Source: a virus
Lineage: Duplodnaviria > Caudoviricetes
DNA: 36,255 nt
IMG/VR virus record: IMGVR_UViG_3300021476_000013
Location: 1 to 36,255 of that record
Strand: one strand, 5' to 3'
The position numbers and the translations under genes are program-made. Of the stretch, positions 8,297 through 16,931 are shown one piece after another. Each line of letters begins with the position of its first letter. Positions within the stretch are counted from its first letter, which is position 1. The notes beneath the pieces are model-generated. The model saw nothing but the letters and a program-made list of their open reading frames with translations. It was not told the origin of the DNA and ran no database searches.

Positions 8297-10728
8297 TTTA
8301 CGTTCCAGGTGAAGGTCCATCTAACGCGAAGTTAATGATAGTAGGCGAAGCTCCTGCCGAGTATGAGGAAAGATCAGGACACCCATTCTCCGGACCTTCA
8401 GGAATGATAGTAAATGATTGCCTTTCCTATGCCGGAGTTAACCGCTCCGAAGTTTACGTAACAAACGTGGTGAAAATACGCCTACCTAATAATGACATTA
8501 AAAAGTTACATTTAATAGGTAAGAAAATTGAAGACTTCCTTCCACAACTAGCCCAAGAAATTGAAAAGCTAAAGCCAAATTGTATTTTAGCATTCGGAGG
8601 GACCGCACTTGAAGCATTAACTGGATTAAAAGGCATTGAAAAGTATCGTGGTTCAATTTTAAAATCAATCTACGGTCCAAAAGTAGTAGGTACGATTCAT
8701 CCAGCCGCACTTTTACATAAAGAATCCAAAGGAATGAAGTCCTGGAAGGATTTAACTTATATCAAATGGGACGTGAAAAGAGCAGCTGATCAATCTAAAT
8801 TTCCGGAATATAATCCCCCCCAAAGAAATTTAACAGCCGCGCAAAATCATCTTCAATTTTATCGATTTATGAATATGTATCAAAAAGAAAATTTAGTATC
8901 TATTGATATTGAAACGTTTAAAACCTTCCCTATTTGCATTGCGCTTTCCTACACCAAAGAATCCGCAATCAGCGTTCCACTGCTATCTCATGATATTACG
9001 GAAAGTGATAAGGTACAAATTTGGCGGGACGTAAGTGACTTAATGGCGGACCCCAAAATTTTTAAAATTGGCCAGAATTTTACATCGTTTGATGAAGTCC
9101 AGCTAAGATCGTGCTATAATCGGAGTATAAATTTTGGGATAATAACAAGATCTTTTTATTTCGATACAAGATCCGCCTGGAAAGTACTTTATCCAGAATT
9201 GCCAGCGAAACTTCAAATGATATCCTCGATAATGACGGAAGAGCCCTACTATAAAGATGAAGGAAAAGAATATAATCCTAAAAAAGATAATTTTTCTCGT
9301 TTAATGCTGTATAACGCTAAAGATGCGGCCGTTACTTTTGAATGTTATGAAAAGGAGTTAGAAGAATTGCATCAACGGAAGTTAACAGATTTTTTCTTTA
9401 CTAAGATAATGCCACTTCACCCTTTATATTCTAGGATTGAAAGTAGAGGATTGAACGTCGATAAAAGTGTGCGCGCGGAGTTAAAAACTAAATATGAATT
9501 CGATCGAAAAATTAAGCAAGAAGAACTAAATAATCTTTGCGGTATGGAAATCAATGTTAACTCGACCAAGCAAGTTCCAATTTTACTCTATAATCATTTA
9601 AATATCCCTGTTAGGAAGGGAACAGATGAAAAAACATTGGACGCATTAATGCGTAATACAGTCAAAGATCCGAGAAAGAAATCTATTATCAATCTTATTC
9701 TTGAAATTCGTAAAATAAGAAAAACGATTGGAACTTATATTAATGCAGAACTTCATCCGGATAATAGATTGAGAGCAGGCTATAATATATTACTCGAAAC
9801 GGGTCGAACATCTACATCTGTTCTAAAACCTCCTGTTACAACCGAAACAATGGGAATCGCGCTTCAGACACTCACTAAACATGGTGAGATCGGAGCTGAT
9901 TTGCGTGAAATGATAATCCCCGATCCGGGTTATATTTTCATTGAACCGGATTTAAGTCAAGCCGAGGCGCGTGTGATAGCAGTTTTAGCGAACGATGAAC
10001 GAGCAATGAAAATGTTTGAATATGGAATTGATATACATCGAGTCACTGCTGGATGGATTAACGGAATTGGGGGATATGATTCTCCATTGCTCGAATTTTT
10101 TCAGGGGCGAGATGAGGAGAAAATTAAAGAATTGGTGGGTCTAATTAACGGAATTCTAAAGACCCAAATTAGTGAAGACCAACGTCAGCTTGGAAAGGTA
10201 ATTCGCCATGCTGGTAATCTAGGAATAGGCAAAAGAGAGGCGTCAAAAACTGCCGGAATTAGCGAATGGCGCGCTGGGCAAATTCTCGATAAATTTCATT
10301 CTATGAATCCAAATATAAAAAAAGTCTTTCATGAAGGTATAATTGAATGTCTAAAAAAGGGGAGAACGCTAACCAATCCTTTTAATAGAACTAGATTATT
10401 TTTGAATAGATGGGGAAATGATTTATTTAAAGAAGCCTTTGCTCAAATTCCCCAATCTACAGTTAGCGACCAAACTAAGTTCGCAATGAAAAGAATTGAA
10501 AAGCGATGCTGGGATTTGGAAGTAGATTTTCAACTTCTTGTTGAATCTCATGATTCATTCTTGTCCCAAGTACCCATTGAACACGCCGAAAAAATCTATC
10601 CTATAATTCGTGAGGAATTAGAATCTGAAATTGATTTTTCATTATGTAGCTTGGGTAAGGGGAAGCTAACAATTCCTTGTGATATTAAAATTGGAAAAAA
10701 GAATTGGTTAGAAATGGAGAAGATATGA
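8293..10728 (+). CDS. polA: family A DNA polymerase with N-terminal uracil-DNA-glycosylase (family 4-like) and 3'-5' exonuclease domains
   Basis: UDG: IVGEAPA..E...PFSGPSG, YVTNVVK, HPAALL; Exo: DIET, GQN..FD, YNAKDA; Pol: TGRTS, DLSQAEAR (A), RQLGKVIRHAGNLG (B), SHDS (C). Confidence 0.93.
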   Translation: MIYVPGEGPSNAKLMIVGEAPAEYEERSGHPFSGPSGMIVNDCLSYAGVNRSEVYVTNVVKIRLPNNDIKKLHLIGKKIEDFLPQLAQEIEKLKPNCILAFGGTALEALTGLKGIEKYRGSILKSIYGPKVVGTIHPAALLHKESKGMKSWKDLTYIKWDVKRAADQSKFPEYNPPQRNLTAAQNHLQFYRFMNMYQKENLVSIDIETFKTFPICIALSYTKESAISVPLLSHDITESDKVQIWRDVSDLMADPKIFKIGQNFTSFDEVQLRSCYNRSINFGIITRSFYFDTRSAWKVLYPELPAKLQMISSIMTEEPYYKDEGKEYNPKKDNFSRLMLYNAKDAAVTFECYEKELEELHQRKLTDFFFTKIMPLHPLYSRIESRGLNVDKSVRAELKTKYEFDRKIKQEELNNLCGMEINVNSTKQVPILLYNHLNIPVRKGTDEKTLDALMRNTVKDPRKKSIINLILEIRKIRKTIGTYINAELHPDNRLRAGYNILLETGRTSTSVLKPPVTTETMGIALQTLTKHGEIGADLREMIIPDPGYIFIEPDLSQAEARVIAVLANDERAMKMFEYGIDIHRVTAGWINGIGGYDSPLLEFFQGRDEEKIKELVGLINGILKTQISEDQRQLGKVIRHAGNLGIGKREASKTAGISEWRAGQILDKFHSMNPNIKKVFHEGIIECLKKGRTLTNPFNRTRLFLNRWGNDLFKEAFAQIPQSTVSDQTKFAMKRIEKRCWDLEVDFQLLVESHDSFLSQVPIEHAEKIYPIIREELESEIDFSLCSLGKGKLTIPCDIKIGKKNWLEMEKI

Positions 10729-10922
10729 AGTATCTTAGAATGGATCGATCTCAAAGAAATATTAGAATTAGATTAAAATTAGGTTAAAGATATCTTTATT
10801 TAGAACGAGGTAATTATAGCTCTAGAAGGTTTTTCCCTTATATCGAAACTGGTAGTTTCAGAACTGGCAGTTTAAGTTGGAGATATGGAAGGATTAGAAT
10901 TGAGCTGGTACGCTGGATATAA
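10725..10922 (+). pseudogene. small ORF interrupted by an in-frame TAA
   Basis: ATGA-coupled to polA; MKYLRMDRSQRNIRIRLKLG*RYLYLERGNY...VRWI*, internal stop at 10785-10787. Confidence 0.4.
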
Positions 10923-10935
10923 AAAAGAAGATAGA

Positions 10936-11175
10936 ATGAAAATATCTATAATCAAATGTCAAGGTCCTAACTGTACTAAGAAATTTAGGGCTAACAGAAT
11001 ACTGCATCGCGTATAGAAGATGCCAAGTTTAGAACCCCTATAATTTGGAGTAAATTGTAATAGAGTGATACAAAGATGGATAATTAATTATCATGGAAAA
11101 TATATGGGGGCGTTTAAGACATTAAAAAAAGCTATCAGATTCAGCCAATCTCTCACAGAAGGAGTTGATAGTTGA
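10936..11175 (+). pseudogene. decayed Zn-finger/AP2-like (homing-endonuclease-associated) gene
   Basis: One frame with stops at 11014 and 11041; CQGPNC..F at the start and GVNCNRVIQRWIINYHGKYMGAFKTLKKA resembling an AP2 domain; TTGA overlap with next gene. Confidence 0.45.
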
Positions 11176-12365
11176 ATTCTTCATGGTTAGATCTTTTAAT
11201 ACAATCTACAAGAAACTTAGAACCACCGGAAAGATTTTTTTGGTGGTCAGGAATTGCACTCATTTCGAGTTTAGTAAAAAAGAGATTATTCCTCAATCGC
11301 TTCTCTTATAATCTTTATCCCAACGTATACGTTCTACTAGTTTCCGAAAGATCAGGTTTAAGAAAAGGAGTTCCAATACTAATGATGCGTCAAATAGCAG
11401 AAATTTTAAAAGTGAGAACAATTTCTGGACGTAATTCAATCCAAGGAGTAATTAAAGAGCTCGCTTCACAAGTAACTCATCCTAATGGAAAAGTAGAAAA
11501 TTTAGCTCAAGCATTTCTGTGCGCGCCTGAACTAACATCCTTTGTAGTTCATGATCCGGAAGGACTAAATATATTATTAGACCTCCATAATACTCACGAA
11601 CATTTAATATCGTGGAAGAATACCCTTAAGTCTTCACCAATTGAAGAGTTAAAGGAACCCTGCATAACGTTTCTAGGAGCAATCAATGAACCCCTATTCA
11701 TAGATTTTTTCAAAAAAAAAGATATTGAAGGTGGATTAATTGGTCGTATGTTTATTGTTCACGAATCTAAAAAAAGAAGTGTTCAAGATCTGATGGAAGA
11801 ACCTGAGGGATTCATACCAGGAAAAGATCTAGCCGATAAATTGCTTTACTTACAAGATATCAAAGGAGAATTTTATATAGATTCCTCAGGTAAGAGATTT
11901 TATAAGAACTGGTATCATTATTTGAACGAATTAAATCTTGACGATCGTACTGGAGCAATAGAGAGATTAGGAGATCAAGTTTTAAAAGTAGCCATGATAA
12001 TTTCATTATCAGAATCGCCAAATTTGGTAATTACAGAAGAGCATTTAAAACAATCCGTTTCAAAATGTGAGGATTGCATTGTTGGAACTAAGAGAGTTAC
12101 ACTTTCTTCTGGACGTAGTGAATTTGCTCCAGGGATATCAACTTTAATGAAAATTTTGGTTGAATCCGAAGAGGGAATATCTCGTAGAAAGTTGCAGCAA
12201 AAAATGTGGCCTGACTATGATTCGATGAGTTTGGATAGGATTATAGACACAGTTTTAAGTTCAGGAGCCTTAGAACAACCGTTTAGAAGAGGAAAGGAGA
12301 TTATATACAAAATGAAGAAGGAACATATCGAAGCATATTTGAATTTCAGAAAGGAAGTGAATTAA
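11172..12365 (+). CDS. DUF3987-like AAA+ replication protein (putative helicase) with C-terminal winged helix
   Basis: EPPERFFWWSG, YPNVYVLLVSERSGLRKG, ELTSF, GGLIGRMFIV, LKVAMII; TTG start with AAGGAG SD. Confidence 0.7.
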   Translation: MNSSWLDLLIQSTRNLEPPERFFWWSGIALISSLVKKRLFLNRFSYNLYPNVYVLLVSERSGLRKGVPILMMRQIAEILKVRTISGRNSIQGVIKELASQVTHPNGKVENLAQAFLCAPELTSFVVHDPEGLNILLDLHNTHEHLISWKNTLKSSPIEELKEPCITFLGAINEPLFIDFFKKKDIEGGLIGRMFIVHESKKRSVQDLMEEPEGFIPGKDLADKLLYLQDIKGEFYIDSSGKRFYKNWYHYLNELNLDDRTGAIERLGDQVLKVAMIISLSESPNLVITEEHLKQSVSKCEDCIVGTKRVTLSSGRSEFAPGISTLMKILVESEEGISRRKLQQKMWPDYDSMSLDRIIDTVLSSGALEQPFRRGKEIIYKMKKEHIEAYLNFRKEVN

Positions 12366-12554
12366 ATGAAGATTTCCTTTATATTCAACTCAGTTAATCA
12401 AGTTGTCCTCATGCCAGAAAATGGTAAGGATAAACAACTTTTAAGTTTATGCTGTAACGGAGCGCGCGAGCTCACTATAGTCCCATCTAAGGATGATTCC
12501 ATAATTATTGAATTTGGCGAAGGTAGCGTGAAAAAGGAGAAGGAGAAACAGTGA
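12366..12554 (+). CDS. hypothetical protein
   Basis: 62-aa ORF abutting the upstream stop. Confidence 0.65.
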   Translation: MKISFIFNSVNQVVLMPENGKDKQLLSLCCNGARELTIVPSKDDSIIIEFGEGSVKKEKEKQ

Positions 12555-12898
12555 ATGAATACAGAACAGATAAAAACAACAATCCGACAGCATTCACAAC
12601 AGACCTAGCTGAGGAGGGAGGTTTAATTAAAGGGATAGATTATGAAGAAGGAGACGCTTTTGGAAACCTTCATACCGCTAAAATTATAGGAGACCCCGTT
12701 AGTGTGACAATTAAATTAATCGATAAAATAGGATTTTTCACGAACGCAGCAGTTCAAAGGTGGAAATATATTGCTATACCATATAAAATTTGGAGTAGCC
12801 TGAGTTATGTAGAAAAACTCTACGTAATCAGTTGGATGTATCAACATGAAGGAGGAGAAGCAATGAAATGTTTATCCATTTGTACGACCCAGAAATAA
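12551..12898 (+). CDS. putative lysozyme-like peptidoglycan hydrolase
   Basis: RTDKNNNP motif near the N-terminus and HEGG near the C-terminus, as in small phage RNNNPGN-type muramidases. Confidence 0.45.
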   Translation: MNEYRTDKNNNPTAFTTDLAEEGGLIKGIDYEEGDAFGNLHTAKIIGDPVSVTIKLIDKIGFFTNAAVQRWKYIAIPYKIWSSLSYVEKLYVISWMYQHEGGEAMKCLSICTTQK

Positions 12899-13065
12899 TT
12901 GATCTCACAGAGGGAAATTTATCCCAAGGAGGAGTTATCAATTTAAGAATTAAAGAGAAAAATGCTCCAGTAATGCTCTGGTTAAATCTTAGCTTTCATT
13001 CTAGGGAGCAATTTGAAACATTTTTGGAAGCAATTAAGAACGTGAAATTTACAGTTTCTCATTAA
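12868..13065 (+). CDS. hypothetical protein
   Basis: GGAGGAG SD region; 65 aa. Confidence 0.6.
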   Translation: MFIHLYDPEIIDLTEGNLSQGGVINLRIKEKNAPVMLWLNLSFHSREQFETFLEAIKNVKFTVSH

Positions 13066-13085
13066 CCTTTAAGGAGGGTATCAAA

Positions 13086-14030
13086 ATGAGTGATCGTGAG
13101 ATTCATGCTAAGGTGGATAATTACTGCGACTATGTTCATCGGATAGAAGACTTGAACGTTGACAATGTCGCAAAGAGGATTGGACTTCAGGAAATATCTA
13201 AGCGTCTTCTACATACTCTTGCTATCTTGACGCTCGCTGCTAAGGAGGCAGACACTACTATAGCATGTCTCTTCTACTACTTCATGAATAAACAGCTCCC
13301 CATTCCGAATATTCCTGACGTTCCCGTTACTATTATTCATCGTCTCCAGGAAGAGGATGTAATTCGGTTGATCTACTCAGTCCTAGGTTCCGTGTCTGGA
13401 TGGGCAGGATGTGTTACTCGAATTATTCTAGATTATGTTAAGAATGGAAAGCCAATGGACTGGGTTAATATCTCCGAAGAAATTGGAAACTGTACTTGGT
13501 ACACTGGAGCGGGAATCAATGTTCAGCAGAAACATACCAATTTTACTTTTCGAGATATCTTGACTAATAATATCAGGAAGTTAGCGGTAAAATATAGGGA
13601 CAAATTCCCAGAAGTACACACAATGAGTCGTGATCTTGATGCTGAACGTCAAATTAATGAAAGCGTGCGGGGACCGTTTACGTTCTCAGTTCCACAGGAC
13701 TTTGAGTTCCTTGAGAAGCGGGGCGACGGATGGATGCTGCGTCAAAGATACGGCGGACTGTATGTCGTTATCGATTGTTCAGTGAAGAAAGATGGCCAAG
13801 AATGGATTCATGTTAGTTACTCGCGAAAGAAAGAGACGCCCAATCATAGCGACACCATACGCGTGAAAGAGGCGTTCTTAAAAGACTATTACGCTTATGC
13901 CGTATTCCCGACAGCGGAAACGTACATAAACATCCACCCGCACTGTTTACATTTGTGGGCGCGCGCGGACGGCACAGCAGTACTTCCTGAGTTCAGTGAA
14001 ATCCTTGATGACGGGAGGAGCTCGATATGA
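13086..14030 (+). CDS. degenerate MazG-like NTP-PPase fused to a His-rich phage domain (DUF7694-like)
   Basis: RLLH.., EEIGNCTWY, NIRKL..KY.DKF...RDLDAER (MazG-like); WIHVSYS..P..VKEAF...YINIHPHCLHLW. Confidence 0.65.
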   Translation: MSDREIHAKVDNYCDYVHRIEDLNVDNVAKRIGLQEISKRLLHTLAILTLAAKEADTTIACLFYYFMNKQLPIPNIPDVPVTIIHRLQEEDVIRLIYSVLGSVSGWAGCVTRIILDYVKNGKPMDWVNISEEIGNCTWYTGAGINVQQKHTNFTFRDILTNNIRKLAVKYRDKFPEVHTMSRDLDAERQINESVRGPFTFSVPQDFEFLEKRGDGWMLRQRYGGLYVVIDCSVKKDGQEWIHVSYSRKKETPNHSDTIRVKEAFLKDYYAYAVFPTAETYINIHPHCLHLWARADGTAVLPEFSEILDDGRSSI

Positions 14031-14085
14031 CTTGCGAACGGGGTTTGAGTTTGAAACGAAGTTAACTTAACTTGTGGAGGTTAAG

Positions 14086-14232
14086 ATGAAGCATTCAATC
14101 GCAGATCTGGAAACTCTTCTTGAGCGGGATATGGTGAAATTGCCTTTAATGACAAGGTCGTTAGTAGCGGAATGGGCAGTTTTTCCCAAACTTTCCGTGA
14201 AAGTAAGTATGCCTACTAAGATTTCTTCTTAG
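14086..14232 (+). CDS. small hypothetical protein (48 aa, not in ORF track)
   Basis: GGAGG SD 5 nt before ATG; overlaps the 3' end of the convergent gene. Confidence 0.45.
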   Translation: MKHSIADLETLLERDMVKLPLMTRSLVAEWAVFPKLSVKVSMPTKISS

Positions 14233-15688
14233 AAAGTATCCTTACTAAACTTCTAATTTGTTCCGCTCCACGAATGCTTGGTTCATTAGCTCCAGCTTCC
14301 TTAGCAATAGCTTTCCAAGCATCGGCATTTTCAGGTAAATCTTTACCGGAACTCATAATATGCCTGGCAATCTTAAGACTATTAATATAGCGCTTTTCAT
14401 CATGAAATTTTGAATAATCTAATTTTTCCCCCCTAATTACTTTTTGAGGGTCCCCTCCAGCAGCCTCCACTCTAGCCGCGCGCTCTATTAACCTTTCATC
14501 TGCTACATCCTCGGGCATCTTAACAGAGAGAGTTTCAACGGGAGATTCAATCGGAGACCTAACTTTTAAAGAGGAAGTTTCAACTGGAGATTCAGCTTTT
14601 AAAGATTGAACGTTAAAAGGAGTTTCTGCTGTTGCAAGCGGTCTTTTAACTTCGATAGATCTTAAATCAAAAGGTTGTTCTTCAGACTTCAACATTTTTT
14701 CTTTAAGGGACTCAACTAAAGTATCGATATCCTGAGGAACCATTCGTTTATTCTTCAAATAATTTATATAATCATCGATTGTTTGCTGACCCTTTATAAC
14801 AGCCTCCTCCATTCGACTGAGAGACATTGTTGTACTAGGCACTATTTTTCCCGGTTTTTCAACTTCTAAAGGAGAAATAGTTTTGGGAGTAAGTGTTTTT
14901 GATAAAGTTTCGATAGACTTCGGTGAATAGCCTATTCTCTTTAATTCAGATTCAAATTCATCCATGGACATTGCGCCCGATTTTACTGCTTCCTGTAGTT
15001 GGGGAACATTTAGCTCTTTCGCCACTGGAGTTCCCAGCTTTTTTATTCCACCTATTAAATTTCTCACCCCATAATAAGCTGGGAAAAAACCTCCAAGACG
15101 GCCTTGAAGCATTTCAGCAGCTCCATATCCCGTGAGTCCCAAGCCAGATGCAACTTGACCCATTCCTGGACGAATATAAGGTTTAGCTACTCTTCCAACT
15201 CCATGAGCAACAGGGGGAAGAATTTTGGGTGAAGCTAACATTAAAGCCTCCGCGCCTGCTTCACCATATCTACCCTCACCAATGGATTCTCCTAGGGAAG
15301 AAATCGCAGGTCCTACAAAAGGCAACCTTCCCGTAACTGCATAAGCCGCGCGCTCTATTGGCGAGCTAGCATCTCTTGATTTTTCAAGATCCGCTCTTCT
15401 AGCTGCTGTAGCTTCTTGAAGAGATTGGACGGGGTGGAGAGGTGCTTGAATTGTACTTGAGAGATAAGATCCCAATGTATTCCAAAACCCAGGATCTTCT
15501 CTTACAGATTGTTCTTTGGTATAATCCGGTCTGAATTGCTGCTTAGATTTGAATAAAACCGTACCCTGGTCTTTAGGATTTAATTTAGAGAAAGCTTCAT
15601 TATTTGATCTAAGGAACTCTAATTGCTTGGATAAAGGCATATTTACGAACTGTTCGTTTCCAAGCGTGTCAGAGAGTGAAACAGGCAT
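14216..15688 (-). CDS. internal virion / DNA ejection protein
   Basis: Last gene of the structural arm; Gly/Ala-rich hydrophobic middle and internal repeats; start moved to ATG 15688. Confidence 0.6.
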   Translation of the reverse strand: MPVSLSDTLGNEQFVNMPLSKQLEFLRSNNEAFSKLNPKDQGTVLFKSKQQFRPDYTKEQSVREDPGFWNTLGSYLSSTIQAPLHPVQSLQEATAARRADLEKSRDASSPIERAAYAVTGRLPFVGPAISSLGESIGEGRYGEAGAEALMLASPKILPPVAHGVGRVAKPYIRPGMGQVASGLGLTGYGAAEMLQGRLGGFFPAYYGVRNLIGGIKKLGTPVAKELNVPQLQEAVKSGAMSMDEFESELKRIGYSPKSIETLSKTLTPKTISPLEVEKPGKIVPSTTMSLSRMEEAVIKGQQTIDDYINYLKNKRMVPQDIDTLVESLKEKMLKSEEQPFDLRSIEVKRPLATAETPFNVQSLKAESPVETSSLKVRSPIESPVETLSVKMPEDVADERLIERAARVEAAGGDPQKVIRGEKLDYSKFHDEKRYINSLKIARHIMSSGKDLPENADAWKAIAKEAGANEPSIRGAEQIRSLVRILSKKKS

Positions 15689-15689
15689 A

Positions 15690-16931
15690 TTATTTTTGTT
15701 GTAATAACTGATGAAGGAACTCTTCATCAGTCATTTTTGGAGTACCCTCATAACTTTTTCTCGCTTCAGAGTCAGCTTTAGTAGCTTCATCCATTGATGT
15801 AGCGCTATAGAGTTTATCTATAGTATCATCTGCAACTTTTTGCTTTTTTTGAACTAATTTCTTAACATCGGTAAGTACATCTAGTAATTGTTGTCTATCT
15901 TTAGGTAATAATTTTCCTTGACCGGAAATAGATTGAAGCCAACCTTGAATATCACCAACAATTCCGTGAGCATGGATTATTGCATTCAATTCCGGTTGAG
16001 TAATCCTAATTCCCGTTCCCTGACCAGAAATAATAGCAGTCATTACTTTTGGGACAGCTAATGCCTGAGATTCAGCAGTTCCCGTTCTAAGCATACCTTC
16101 GGATTCAGTAATTCGATCTAATTGAGCGCCCGCGTCATTGAAGACCTTTTGATGATTCCGAACTAAGCCATTAACTCTTGAGTCAAGTCTTCTTTGATCT
16201 GCTCTTTCCATTACATCTGATTGAGTAGTAGCATTTCTCCTAAAATTATTAATTTCTGAAGAAGTAGGACTACGTCCATGTTCAGTAGTAAAAGTTTCAC
16301 GCCAAACGGAAAATTCGTCACTCGCAGCTTTTTCCGGGGATTCCCCTATTTGTTGTGGCTCCTTTCCAGGTTGAATTACAAACTCTCCAGGTCTTACCAC
16401 TAACGGTTTTTCCGGTGGAGGTGATGAACTAAAGGGGGGAATGGTTTGTCCAGTTTGGGGATTAAACAATCCACCTCGACCAATCGCTACCGGTCGTTGC
16501 AGTTCTCCTTTAGTCTGTGCTTCATATAAACTCTGATGCGCGCGTTCGGCTGCAGCTTGCGATTCTTCGGTGCCAATTTTAGCTTGAGAGGATCTAGAAG
16601 CTTGCTCTAGATCTGCTAAAGTTCTAGCTTGAGCTAATTGCTTTTGATAAGGTCCTTGCGTTATTGCTCGATGAGCGGCGATTCCAAGATCCCCACCGCC
16701 TCCAAATCCAGCAATACCTCCAACAATACCTCCTAAAATGGATCTCAATTTACCAACTTTAGGAGGTCCTTGAGCAACTAGTTGACGAAGAGCGTCAGTA
16801 TCGGGAGTTTGAGATTGTGGAGGGATAGGTAATTGCTGATCCGCAAATGGATTTGGACCAAATAGTTTATTCTGAAGAGCTTTTTGTCGTAAGAGCTCGC
16901 CAATGTCAGTTTGTTGCGAATCATTCGCCAT
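15690..16931 (-). CDS. internal virion / DNA ejection protein
   Basis: Gly-rich hydrophobic segment ILGGIVGGIAGFGGGG, Gln/Ala helices; position typical of podovirus ejection genes. Confidence 0.6.
   Translation of the reverse strand: MANDSQQTDIGELLRQKALQNKLFGPNPFADQQLPIPPQSQTPDTDALRQLVAQGPPKVGKLRSILGGIVGGIAGFGGGGDLGIAAHRAITQGPYQKQLAQARTLADLEQASRSSQAKIGTEESQAAAERAHQSLYEAQTKGELQRPVAIGRGGLFNPQTGQTIPPFSSSPPPEKPLVVRPGEFVIQPGKEPQQIGESPEKAASDEFSVWRETFTTEHGRSPTSSEINNFRRNATTQSDVMERADQRRLDSRVNGLVRNHQKVFNDAGAQLDRITESEGMLRTGTAESQALAVPKVMTAIISGQGTGIRITQPELNAIIHAHGIVGDIQGWLQSISGQGKLLPKDRQQLLDVLTDVKKLVQKKQKVADDTIDKLYSATSMDEATKADSEARKSYEGTPKMTDEEFLHQLLQQK

Noticed and set aside
10725-11175. Genome-wide stop-codon reassignment
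   Set aside because: All long genes are intact under the standard code and TAA, TAG and TGA all end coupled genes; internal stops are confined to this patch
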